Shown here: piece after piece, positions 36,701 to 44,339 of the stretch
How positions within the stretch are numbered: the first letter of the stretch is position 1
Layout: the number at the start of each line of letters is the position of its first letter
From: Planctomycetota bacterium
Lineage (GTDB): Bacteria > Planctomycetota > Phycisphaerae > UBA1845
Direction of reading: 5' to 3'
DNA length: 64,000 bases
Assembly: GCA_016208685.1 (NCBI GenBank)
Contig: JACQXM010000023.1
Coordinates: forward strand, 2,203 to 66,202
Program-made: the position numbers and the translations under genes
The notes under the pieces: model-generated
What the model was told of the DNA's origin: nothing
Databases searched by the model: none
Seen by the model: the letters and a program-made list of their open reading frames with translations, nothing else

Positions 36701-38560
36701 GCAGCGCCGGACCAGCGCCGGCGCGGTGCGGCAACGCAGGAGGCCGCGCCGGAGAAGGAAACCCCGGAACCGCCGCGGCGGCGCGCTCGCGGCACGGCCG
36801 AACCGACCCCGGCAACAACGCCGACCCCCTCGGCGCCCTCCCCCCGCCCGCGTGCCGACACCACCGGACGCATCCCCACTTGCGCCACGCGTACCTTCCT
36901 TCAGGACCGCATGCTCGATTGTGCCGACGTCTACGACTTCCTGAAACGGCTCGACCCCGGGCGGTATTACGGCGACAGCCGTAGCGACACGCCGCTGCAT
37001 TTGCAATGCGCCGAGGACGTGGCACACGCATGTCGAACGTACGTGGCGACGTACGTGTCGGCGTGGAAGGACGCCTACGACCGGTATTCCTATCCCGAAC
37101 TCCTGGAGACCTGCACAGAATCCAAGACCTGGCAGGAGTTAGCCACGCGCCTGGCGTCGGCTGGACGCGGATCGCTGGACAAGGTGGAGGATCAGCTCAC
37201 CCTGGCGTTGAGCGCCGCGCTCGAAGCGGGCCCCTTCTGGGATCAGCAGATGGACAGCCATCGACAATGGTCGGAGGCCTGCCCGCCGAACGACAAGGTT
37301 TGCGAGCTCTTCGCGGGATGGACCCGCGAGGAATTCAAGAAGAGTTGCCCCAAGGGGGCGGCAGAGCCCTGGGGTTCCCTGTACAGCGCGCGACTTCCCG
37401 AACGCCTGCGCAAGGAGTCGCCCATCGGCGCCGCACCCTGGAGCGTCCTCGCCGACGCCTACGCCCGCCAGCGATGGCGTGACCTTGCCAAGGCCATCAC
37501 CGCGAACGGCTCCCTTCGCACCCGCTTCGAAACTGCCGATGCCGCGCTCAAGCCGGGCACGCCCGTGCCCTGGGGCGCCGTGCAGGAGCTACGCAGCGAC
37601 ACCGGGTTGGCCGGCGAGCGCATCACCAGCGGCATCGTGGAATTCGAGGCCTGCGCGCAGAAAACACTCAGCCGCGAGATCTCGGGCATCCTGGCTGACA
37701 TCCAGAACGCATACTTCACCAAGGATGCGCCTGTCGAGGGATGGCCGTATACCACGCCCGAGACCGCCGGCGCGCCGCCCAGGACCGTCAACTTCGAAGA
37801 CTTCCAGAAGTTCCTCGCAGAAGTGGGCCGGGCACAAGCTTACTTCGAGCCGCTGGAGCAGAAACTCCCGCCCGACGATCCCCTGCACGTGGCGCGCAAG
37901 GCCTTCTACGCCGGTTGTCGCGCCTGGATGGACTTCATCACCGACGACGGCACCACCAAGGATCGCGGCGGACCTCGCCCCAAGCCGCTGGAGGTGACCA
38001 TCGAAGAGGCCGACCCGCTCGACCTGACCAAGGGGGGACCGTGCGCCAAGGATCCCATCCAGAACCGGCCGGCGTACTACTACAACCACGTGGCCCTGGA
38101 ACTGAACCTTGAGCTGCTCCCCGCGGGGGCTGCGCAGGGCGACTTCCGCCGTGAAACGCTGCTGATGTCCACGCTGACGCAGATTGACAAGGTGGAGTTG
38201 CGCAAAGGCCGCTGGACCTGGCCCGGCGACATCGCGAGCGGCCGGCTGGGCGTCAAGCTCACCGGCGGCCGGAACCAGGAGGGTACCCGGGAGCTCCCGC
38301 CGGATTTCGGTCGCGAACTCAACGAAGGCTCACCTTTGGCGTTCTGCGTGTATCTATACCATTACGGAACGGGTGCGCCCAAGGGTGACCTGTGGACGGT
38401 CTGTCACGGTTTCGACCTGGTGGCGGAGTTCAAAAACAAGCAGCTCCATGAGCTGGTGAAGCTGGCACAGCAGGCGGGCAACACGCAGGTCGGTGACAAG
38501 TTCATCTTCACGCTTTCCCGACCCATGCCCCCGCCGATCAAGAAGCTGGAGAAGCCGTAG
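33716..38560 (+). CDS. tssM: type VI secretion membrane protein TssM (IcmF family), unusually long
   Basis: Two N-terminal TMs are followed by the IcmF cytoplasmic NTPase signature: LPWYIVIGDSGCGKTRLINNGGLTFS, NWWFTEDAVFVDMAGR, VVTKCD. A third TM (YGSVALALVLVFIVVW) precedes a ~1150-aa periplasmic region. GAGG lies upstream of the ATG. Confidence 0.85.
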   Translation: MKKLLAQYKNLPPELKMMLAMAGLGSPLGAIWLLKRYVFPGASTTTLIFGVAAVVALISLVGFFISKGFKRGASKRTQRLASDLAREDQQGLMSMDVRAAIKANNEKFFTAIRDMKKNLNISVYDLPWYIVIGDSGCGKTRLINNGGLTFSTGKPEGYQLGTLNYNWWFTEDAVFVDMAGRLCNPQEDADHREWQAFLDTVARGRKGFPINGAIVCVSAEHLLQDPAEKHEADANTMLERLRETQTRLGVTFATYLVVTKCDKILGFMQFFDRAEKDIVVKHQMFGWSKPGPFNELYDPDRFKYDFEELYGRLNDLRLRRLHDDIGEIDLGLAYSFPEEFRELRDPLNTYTRTLFPMIKNPRAVKNLIFRGIYFTSATQEGEVILKHLTERLGAEVAGQFPSLDTLYPQKKPLFVKDVLFRKVFPEHGLVFRHEDDVIRNRKLGQILKYGSVALALVLVFIVVWSARKVDELVTKPRTHTAERCPPASLDTKEAAPRKPDDPLRLCEDLDADARRLEQNRLPAALLSLSFSGTRHLIRDIQAIRVRVFEEHVLGPALGDIQAALRDPKLPVADGSKELEARGKDYVEALGQYLTWLGCIDAPDAATCVTYDSFKTLAKVPGLSPQSVLIAKTEVMDRQASGYFTAIRQEATRRNPLDLLKADRPAAERVVVEAVKALHAHMKGYTDLAKHPNPTFREWMRIRTACSELDKSYAEMLGAAASEPTSLEALAKLKEQFVAQYTAFTKALADCTWKGDRIRPLRDLIREERNRWIQLEAGLAQAYGKCTPTAPKNDAVTASAKVLSAGDGADVPGLDAVLWKSLLAAGLTKRDYVAGCYDELDKLVLEVEQVCEHVLARRGDPTAPEGFELTPAAGFVRDKLALIKSDIDKIAPGADAAKAMTPTQWADVLDAKLNPRQSDDKLAVPANLHAIWQGDKLKRLYEARRDLIDRGETTSLLLSIRDRSRAPARWGIAELFPLETWGAPVASAFTMELPEAAAPDQRRRGAATQEAAPEKETPEPPRRRARGTAEPTPATTPTPSAPSPRPRADTTGRIPTCATRTFLQDRMLDCADVYDFLKRLDPGRYYGDSRSDTPLHLQCAEDVAHACRTYVATYVSAWKDAYDRYSYPELLETCTESKTWQELATRLASAGRGSLDKVEDQLTLALSAALEAGPFWDQQMDSHRQWSEACPPNDKVCELFAGWTREEFKKSCPKGAAEPWGSLYSARLPERLRKESPIGAAPWSVLADAYARQRWRDLAKAITANGSLRTRFETADAALKPGTPVPWGAVQELRSDTGLAGERITSGIVEFEACAQKTLSREISGILADIQNAYFTKDAPVEGWPYTTPETAGAPPRTVNFEDFQKFLAEVGRAQAYFEPLEQKLPPDDPLHVARKAFYAGCRAWMDFITDDGTTKDRGGPRPKPLEVTIEEADPLDLTKGGPCAKDPIQNRPAYYYNHVALELNLELLPAGAAQGDFRRETLLMSTLTQIDKVELRKGRWTWPGDIASGRLGVKLTGGRNQEGTRELPPDFGRELNEGSPLAFCVYLYHYGTGAPKGDLWTVCHGFDLVAEFKNKQLHELVKLAQQAGNTQVGDKFIFTLSRPMPPPIKKLEKP

Positions 38561-38613
38561 CCGCGCAGAAGCGCGGCCGCCGGGTACACGGGCAGCGGAG
38601 CCGCAAGACGGAC

Positions 38614-39597
38614 ATGGACTGGACGCGAATATTCAAGTCGAAGCCCAAGCCCGATCCGAAGATCCGGTGGTTCGGCAAGCTGCCTACCTACCCGGACTAT
38701 TACAGCTCACCCGCCGATGCCGAATGGGCGGTGGAGTTCAACGACTGGGTGCTCAAGGGCTTCGAGGTCTACCAGAGCCGCGTCAAGTCGCAAGCTCAGC
38801 CGGTGCGCCGGCTGCCGCTGGCGGGCTGTGTTATCCGGCTGCCGCAGTCCGGCATGACGGTTTTCAGTTCCATTCTCGACTACGGCGGCGACATGCGCGG
38901 CCGGCCGTTCCCCATCTGCTTTTACGCCGCGGTGCCCACGCCGCTCTGGCCCGGTCCCACCAGCGATCGCCTCGGTCCGGTGTTTCGCGTGGTGCGCGAT
39001 CTGCTCGCCCTCCGCCGCGACGTGGCCCGCTTCATCAACCAGCCCGGCCGGTTCGAGACCGCCTTTGGAGATCACTCCGTCGACTTCGGCGAACTGAACG
39101 GCGACGCGCAGGACGCGTCGTGGAAATCAGAAGGGACGGCCACGCGCTTCATGGACTGGTTCGAGCAGGCGCGGAGCGGGCTGAAGATCTCCGACGCCGA
39201 GACCTGGGCGCGCACCGTCCACCGCTGGGGCCGCAACCTGGCGCAGCACGAAGGCCCGGGGTTCGAACCGACCCTGCGCTTCCCCCTGGCCATGCGCCTG
39301 CCACTGGATCTCCAGGTGGCGGGTTGGATGCGCTGGCTGGAGTCGCGAATGGACGTGCGGCGCCGGCTTTTCTCTCTCATGGTCTCCGGAGAGCTGGATC
39401 GCGACAGCGGACACCTTACGGTCATCGCCCGCAACGTGGTGCGCGAGGACTTCCTCCTGCTTACGTCCCTCGCACACTCGCTACCCTACCTTGACGACGT
39501 AATGGCTCTGGAGGCGGACGACGGCTCGGCATCCGGCGCCATCCCGGCGGACTCAAGCTGGATGGACTTCGTGGAATCCCGCCCGCCGCTGACGTGA
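38614..39597 (+). CDS. tagF: TagF-like type VI secretion-associated regulator
   Basis: The N-terminal RWFGKLPTYPDYYS...WAVEFNDWV matches the TagF/ImpM start (GKLP..gDF...f..W). The position directly after tssM is as in characterised clusters. Confidence 0.7.
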   Translation: MDWTRIFKSKPKPDPKIRWFGKLPTYPDYYSSPADAEWAVEFNDWVLKGFEVYQSRVKSQAQPVRRLPLAGCVIRLPQSGMTVFSSILDYGGDMRGRPFPICFYAAVPTPLWPGPTSDRLGPVFRVVRDLLALRRDVARFINQPGRFETAFGDHSVDFGELNGDAQDASWKSEGTATRFMDWFEQARSGLKISDAETWARTVHRWGRNLAQHEGPGFEPTLRFPLAMRLPLDLQVAGWMRWLESRMDVRRRLFSLMVSGELDRDSGHLTVIARNVVREDFLLLTSLAHSLPYLDDVMALEADDGSASGAIPADSSWMDFVESRPPLT

Positions 39598-39681
39598 AGG
39601 CACGCGGCACCTTGTCCACCGATCCCCGCGGTGGCCTGGGAGCCCGACACTCGGCCGCACCATGCCCGAGCCCGCTACCAA

Positions 39682-40671
39682 CTACCGGCGGCCGCGCTTG
39701 CCGCGCTTCTTCTTCGCCGCACGGGCGCGGGACTTCTTCACCGCGCGGGGCTTCCTCCTTGCGGCCGTCGGACGGGTACGTTTCGCGGCGGCCTTCTTCT
39801 TCCTTTTTGCGGGTTTGGCGCGCTTCGCGGGCTTGCCGCGTTTGGCGGGCTTGCCGCGTCTGGCGGATTTGGCGCGCTTGGCGACGCGGGCCTTGGTTCG
39901 CGCCATCCGCCTCCCCGCCGGCTTGCGGCCACTGCGTGTCCGCGCCGTCGGGGCGGGACGGACACGAGCCACGGGCGCGGACGCGGGAGCCGCAACAGGC
40001 GCAGCGGCGCGAGCCTCTTCCATTCCACGAATGACCTCAACTGCGTCGGCCGTGTATCCCCCGGTTTCTCCGTGGTCAACCAACACCGGCCCGATGCGCT
40101 GCGCGGCCGCCAGCGCCTTGTCCCGCAAAGCGGAACTGCGCCGCGCAATGTTGATCAGCGCCTCGTTCATGGCATGGCGGGTCCGGTTCTTGCGGGCATG
40201 GATCTCGCGTTCCAGCACTTCGAGCTTGGCATCGAAGTAGTCGTCGGGATAGGCGCCGTCGTCGCGCGCCATGCGCCCCACCAGGTTCCAGCCTAACTGC
40301 CCGCTCCACTCGTCGTCCGCGGCACACCACGCGTCCACCTGTTCAAGCCCCAGCGGGGTTCGCGCCGCCAGCGCCGCCAGGGCATCGGTGACGACATAGT
40401 TGTTCAGGTCCGCGCGCCAGCTCTCCAGGAGCGACGCTTCCGTCTGGAGCGGGTCGGCGATCATCGTCGCCAGCATCCGCGCGTCGTGGTTCCCGGTTGC
40501 CCACAGCTCCCGCGCCAGGGTATGGTCGGTGTTTATTTCCTTAACCAGTTCCTCGAAGCCCGCGGCGCTCACGCCGCACGTCGGCCAGGTCACGCCGCAG
40601 CGCGCGCCCGCCCGGCGGCCCTCCTCGGTGCCGAGTGCCTCGAGACGGCCAAGTGCCGATTGCAGGTCCAT
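39682..40671 (-). CDS. AlkD-like DNA alkylation repair (HEAT-like repeat) protein fused to a Lys/Arg-rich histone-H1-like tail
   Basis: The body (LARELWATGNHDARMLATMIADP, WSGQLGWNLVGRMA, RTRHAMNEALINIARRS) resembles the DNA alkylation repair enzyme family. The C-terminal ~95 aa are K/R/A/P-rich with a GKPAKR GKPAKR AKPAKR tandem. ATG 40671 (MDLQSALGRLEAL) is preferred over the longer ORF start. Confidence 0.7.
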   Translation of the reverse strand: MDLQSALGRLEALGTEEGRRAGARCGVTWPTCGVSAAGFEELVKEINTDHTLARELWATGNHDARMLATMIADPLQTEASLLESWRADLNNYVVTDALAALAARTPLGLEQVDAWCAADDEWSGQLGWNLVGRMARDDGAYPDDYFDAKLEVLEREIHARKNRTRHAMNEALINIARRSSALRDKALAAAQRIGPVLVDHGETGGYTADAVEVIRGMEEARAAAPVAAPASAPVARVRPAPTARTRSGRKPAGRRMARTKARVAKRAKSARRGKPAKRGKPAKRAKPAKRKKKAAAKRTRPTAARRKPRAVKKSRARAAKKKRGKRGRR

Positions 40672-41163
40672 CGATCGATCTCCGATTGGCTGTGGCTCTC
40701 GCGCCGGGCGACTCCCCGGCCGCTCGATCGTCCGATCGCCTCGACGCGCCACCGCGCCGACGCACAAATCGGGAGGTCGGGCAACATCATGGCACCAGCC
40801 ACGCCGGCGCACAACAGCTCGCACCGCCCAGCTCACACGCCTAAGCAGTGCGCGGGGCATTCGCCGGGCGCGACTCTAACCTAATGATAACACAGTAGGT
40901 TACGCACGATCCCCGAAGGTGGCGGCGCACCCGGCGCCCCGCCCGGCGCGCGGCGGACCTCTGCTACTTCGCGCCGGGCGCCGCACTCCGCGACATAGTG
41001 CGCTACGCTACCGGAGTTCCGGCGTCCATGTGCGGTCGCACCCCTGCGACCGTGAACGTCGTGCGCGAACCCGCGAGCCGTTGAAATAGTACTCGCCGCA
41101 ATCAGAATACTCGCCGGGGCGGGAGGTTGCCGCCCGTGATTGGTTAGTTCGTGGGAGTCATCC

Positions 41164-42006
41164 ATGTTCGGGCATTCGAGGTGCTTGCTTTTCGGGCTGG
41201 GCGCGGTTCTCGGTGTAACGTCCGGCTGTTCGCACTACGGGCCGAAGGTCTGGACGGAGTCGGTGCTGGAGACACGGAGCGTGGACGCCGCCACGCTGCG
41301 CGCCGTCGAGGTAGCCACGCACAACGGCTCCGTGCGCTACCAGGGCCAGGCGCCGCCGCCGGCGATGGCACAGATTACGGTCACCAGGCGCGCCGGCGGC
41401 GTTACCGTCGACGACGCCCAGGCAGCGATGCGCGCGATCGACGTCTTTGTGGAACCGGACGCCGCGGGGGCATGCAAGGTCGGGTGGCGATGGCGCGGCG
41501 TTCGACAACACACGTGGGCGGCGGTCGTCAGCTTTGATATCGTCGGCCCCGCCGCAATCCGCCTCGACGCCGAAACCCACAACGGCGAAGTCCGCGTCGA
41601 CGGAGTCGACGGCGCCACTTCGCTTACAACCCACAACGGGGCCGTGGACGTTGCTTCCCGCGGCGCAAGTCTCACCGCGGTCACCCACAACGGACGGATC
41701 AACGCCCGCTATGCCGGCCCGATGCTGTCCCTGGAGACGCACAACGGCGGCGTGACCGCGGACATCAGCGCGTGCGGTACCGTGGGCGGCGCGGTCACCA
41801 CACACAACGGGACCGTCAGCCTTTTGGTGTCCGAGCGCACCTCGACCGACGTCGTTTGCGCCACGCACAACGGGCGGGTGACGGCCGAACCGCCCGTCGT
41901 GGTCACGTCTTCCACGCGAACCAGCCTTGAAGGCAGGCTCGGCGAGGGCGGCACGTCGCTGTCGGTGGTGACGCACAACGGAGACGTTCACGTGCGGCGG
42001 CCGTGA
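41164..42006 (+). CDS. DUF4097-type putative adhesin lipoprotein (THNG-repeat beta-helix)
   Basis: Lipobox LGAVLGVTSGC after ATG 41164. About nine evenly spaced THNG motifs follow (ATHNGSVRY, ETHNGEVRV, TTHNGAVDV, VTHNGRINA, ETHNGGVTA ...). Confidence 0.7.
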   Translation: MFGHSRCLLFGLGAVLGVTSGCSHYGPKVWTESVLETRSVDAATLRAVEVATHNGSVRYQGQAPPPAMAQITVTRRAGGVTVDDAQAAMRAIDVFVEPDAAGACKVGWRWRGVRQHTWAAVVSFDIVGPAAIRLDAETHNGEVRVDGVDGATSLTTHNGAVDVASRGASLTAVTHNGRINARYAGPMLSLETHNGGVTADISACGTVGGAVTTHNGTVSLLVSERTSTDVVCATHNGRVTAEPPVVVTSSTRTSLEGRLGEGGTSLSVVTHNGDVHVRRP

Positions 42007-42115
42007 GTGCCCACGCCGGCAGACCTGGCTTGTGGATGGAGCGGCCGGCGGCGTTGCGCCGCCACCGACCGGGCCGGCGCTCCCACCCGCACGGTGGAAC
42101 CGACGTGCCCGCCCG

Positions 42116-42904
42116 CTATTGCGAAACGAGCTCCCGGTCGCGGTTCTGGAGCTGGGTTTTGAGCCGCGTGAGGATGGAGGAGTGCATTTGCGAAACGCGG
42201 CTCTCCGACAGGTCCAGCGTGGCGCCGATCTCCTTCATGGTCATCTCTTCGTAGTAGTACAGGATGAGGATCAGTCGCTCGGCGCGGGAGAGCCCGCGGG
42301 TGATGAGTTCCTTGAGGTCGCGCCGCTGAATCTCGGCCAGGGGGTTGCGGCCGCGTTTGTCCTCGATCACGTCGATCTCCGTGACTTCCTTCCGCGAGTC
42401 CGTCTCGCCGTAGGTTCGGGAAAGGGAGATTTGCGCCACCGAAGTCGCCTCGCGGAGGATCTTCTCGAACTCGGGCAGCGACACGTTCAGCCGCTGTGCC
42501 AGCTCCCAGGAGTGAGGTGCCCGGCCCAGGGTTGCCTCCAGCTCGCGCGAAAGGCGTTCGATCTGATGCGCCCGGGTGCGCACCAGTCGGGGAACCCAGT
42601 CCAGGCTGCGCAGCTCGTCGAGGATGGCACCGCGGATGCGCGGGGCGCAGAAGGTCTCGAACTTCACGCCGCGTTCCAGGTCGAACGACTCGATGGCGTC
42701 CATGAGGCCGAAAATCCCCGCGGACACCAGATCATCTCGATCCACTTCATCGGGCAGTTTGGCGCCGATGCGCTCCGCGTTGTACCTCACGATGGGAAGG
42801 TAATTCTCCATAATGGCGTTGCGCAGGGCGCGACCGCCGGAGAGTTTGTATTTGCGCCAGACCGAGGAAATATCTGCGTTTGCCGCCGCCTTCCGTGCCC
42901 GCAT
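42116..42904 (-). CDS. fliA: flagellar RNA polymerase sigma-28 factor
   Basis: Sigma-70 family regions 2-4 are present: DDLVSAGIFGLMDAIESFD, FETFCAPRIRGAILDELR, ERLILILYYYEEMTMKEIGATLDLSESRVSQMHS. Its position at the end of the flhF-flhG cluster fits FliA/WhiG. Confidence 0.9.
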   Translation of the reverse strand: MRARKAAANADISSVWRKYKLSGGRALRNAIMENYLPIVRYNAERIGAKLPDEVDRDDLVSAGIFGLMDAIESFDLERGVKFETFCAPRIRGAILDELRSLDWVPRLVRTRAHQIERLSRELEATLGRAPHSWELAQRLNVSLPEFEKILREATSVAQISLSRTYGETDSRKEVTEIDVIEDKRGRNPLAEIQRRDLKELITRGLSRAERLILILYYYEEMTMKEIGATLDLSESRVSQMHSSILTRLKTQLQNRDRELVSQ

Positions 42905-42994
42905 GGACCAAAGCTCCTTCTTCGTCCCCGGAGCCCCCCGACTCCATCGACCTCCCTGTACCCGGTCGAAACGCGTAGTGCGGCTCGTCGCGGG

Positions 42995-43282
42995 TTACGC
43001 CCGCACGGCTGCGCGGGTCTCACCGCCCGCGCCGCCGCCCGCCGCGGCCGCCGCCTGCACCTCCAGGCGCCGGCGAATCTCCGCCTCCCGACCTTTCTCG
43101 TGTTCGCGCACCACAAGCTGCGCCGCGTACCCGAGAACCAACCCCAGAAAACAAAAAACGAAAAGTGCGAGGATGCTGCGGGAAAGGGTGACGATGGGCG
43201 GATTCTGCACCACCAGTCCCGCCACCACCGAAACGCTGAACGCTAAAAGGCCGAGCCCGGCCCCCACGTATCGCGCCAACAT
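42995..43282 (-). CDS. small two-TM membrane protein between flhG and fliA (function unknown)
   Basis: 95 aa with two hydrophobic segments (GLGLLAFSVSVVAGLVV, ILALFVFCFLGLVLGYAAQLVV) and a charged tail. It is co-oriented within the flagellar operon. Coding status not proven. Confidence 0.4.
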   Translation of the reverse strand: MLARYVGAGLGLLAFSVSVVAGLVVQNPPIVTLSRSILALFVFCFLGLVLGYAAQLVVREHEKGREAEIRRRLEVQAAAAAGGGAGGETRAAVRA

Positions 43283-43457
43283 GCACGCAACATCCCTGTC
43301 GCACCAACTTCACCGCCCCGGGTACAACGCCGCGCGGGTCAGGCAACGCAAACGCCGCGACAGCGCTATCCGCCGCCGCCCGCTCCGGGGGACCGCCGGA
43401 CCGGCATCCTTGCCGGCCGAGGGTAGTAAAAACGCGCCGCATCGGTGCGTACCGCAC

Positions 43458-44339
43458 CTACAAGAACAAGCCGACGACGCGTCGAAAGAACCCGCCCCGC
43501 GCTTCCGCCCCGGGACTTTTCCGCGCCAGTTCCCGGGCGATCGCGGCGACGCAGGCGCTGGCGTTGCATCCCGGAGAGCCAATCACGAAGGGGCAGCGCT
43601 CCTGAACCGCCAGCTCGACCGCACTATCATGCAGCAGGTAGCCGCCGTCTGCAACCGGATAATTCAAAAATCTGCCGGCCACCCCGGCCACGCGCTCGTA
43701 CGTCGCTTGCGCTGCGGCACGACTGTGGGCCATATTCACCAGCAGGCTCACCCGCCCGGTGTACTTCTGCTGCACCAGCGCTTTGACCGTCGCGTAGGCG
43801 TCCGTCAGTGCCGTGGGCTGCGGCGTGGTCACGACGTAGGTCTCGTCGGCCGCCAGGGCAAAGGTGGTCACGTTCCGCGAGATGCCCGCGCCGCAGTCCA
43901 GGACCACGATATCAGTACTGTTTTCGAGGTTCTGAAACTGCCCCAGCAGGCGGTGGCGGTCGAACTCCGAGAGGTTCGCCAGGTCGTGCATGCCCGAGGC
44001 TCCGGGCACGAAGCGTATCCCGCCCGGGCCTTCCATGCAGATGTCATCCAGCGTGCGAACGCCGGCGAGTACGTGGGCGAGGGTGTACGGCGGCTGAAGG
44101 TCCATCAGCAGGTCCGCATTCGCCAGCCCCAGGTCGACATCCACCAGCGCCACGCGCGGCCCGCGCGCCGCCAGGCAGATCGAGAGGTTCACGGCGAAAT
44201 TAGACTTCCCCACGCCTCCTTTGCCGCTGGTGATGGCGATGGTGCGTGCGACCGCGCGGTGCTGGCGAATCATGCGACGCAGGCGCGCCGCCTGATCCGG
44301 CGGTCCGCAGCCCGGTCCACTGGAATCTCGCCCGTGCAT
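43458..44339 (-). CDS. flhG: MinD/ParA-type flagellar number regulator FlhG (FleN/YlxH)
   Basis: Deviant Walker A IAITSGKGGVGKS is present. The ATGA overlap with the flhF stop indicates coupling. Confidence 0.9.
   Translation of the reverse strand: MHGRDSSGPGCGPPDQAARLRRMIRQHRAVARTIAITSGKGGVGKSNFAVNLSICLAARGPRVALVDVDLGLANADLLMDLQPPYTLAHVLAGVRTLDDICMEGPGGIRFVPGASGMHDLANLSEFDRHRLLGQFQNLENSTDIVVLDCGAGISRNVTTFALAADETYVVTTPQPTALTDAYATVKALVQQKYTGRVSLLVNMAHSRAAAQATYERVAGVAGRFLNYPVADGGYLLHDSAVELAVQERCPFVIGSPGCNASACVAAIARELARKSPGAEARGGFFRRVVGLFL

Noticed and set aside
39255-39272. GGGGTTCGAACCG, resembling a tRNA T-arm
   Set aside because: It lies in frame inside tagF, and no acceptor, D or anticodon arms can be built around it. 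No tRNA or rRNA was recognised anywhere in the window.
23253-41000. Interpretation of the region as a complete T6SS, a prophage or a mobile or defence island
   Set aside because: No TssB/C, Hcp, VgrG, TssE/F/G or ClpV genes are present. No integrase, transposase, tRNA attachment site or phage structural genes are present. Only the membrane-complex and regulatory subset is present, so it is reported as an orphan module instead.
42046-42062. GGCGGCG-TTG-CGCCGCC hairpin between the convergent DUF4097 and fliA genes, considered as a possible bidirectional terminator
   Set aside because: It has no flanking U/A tract, and such GC hairpins are abundant by chance in this composition.
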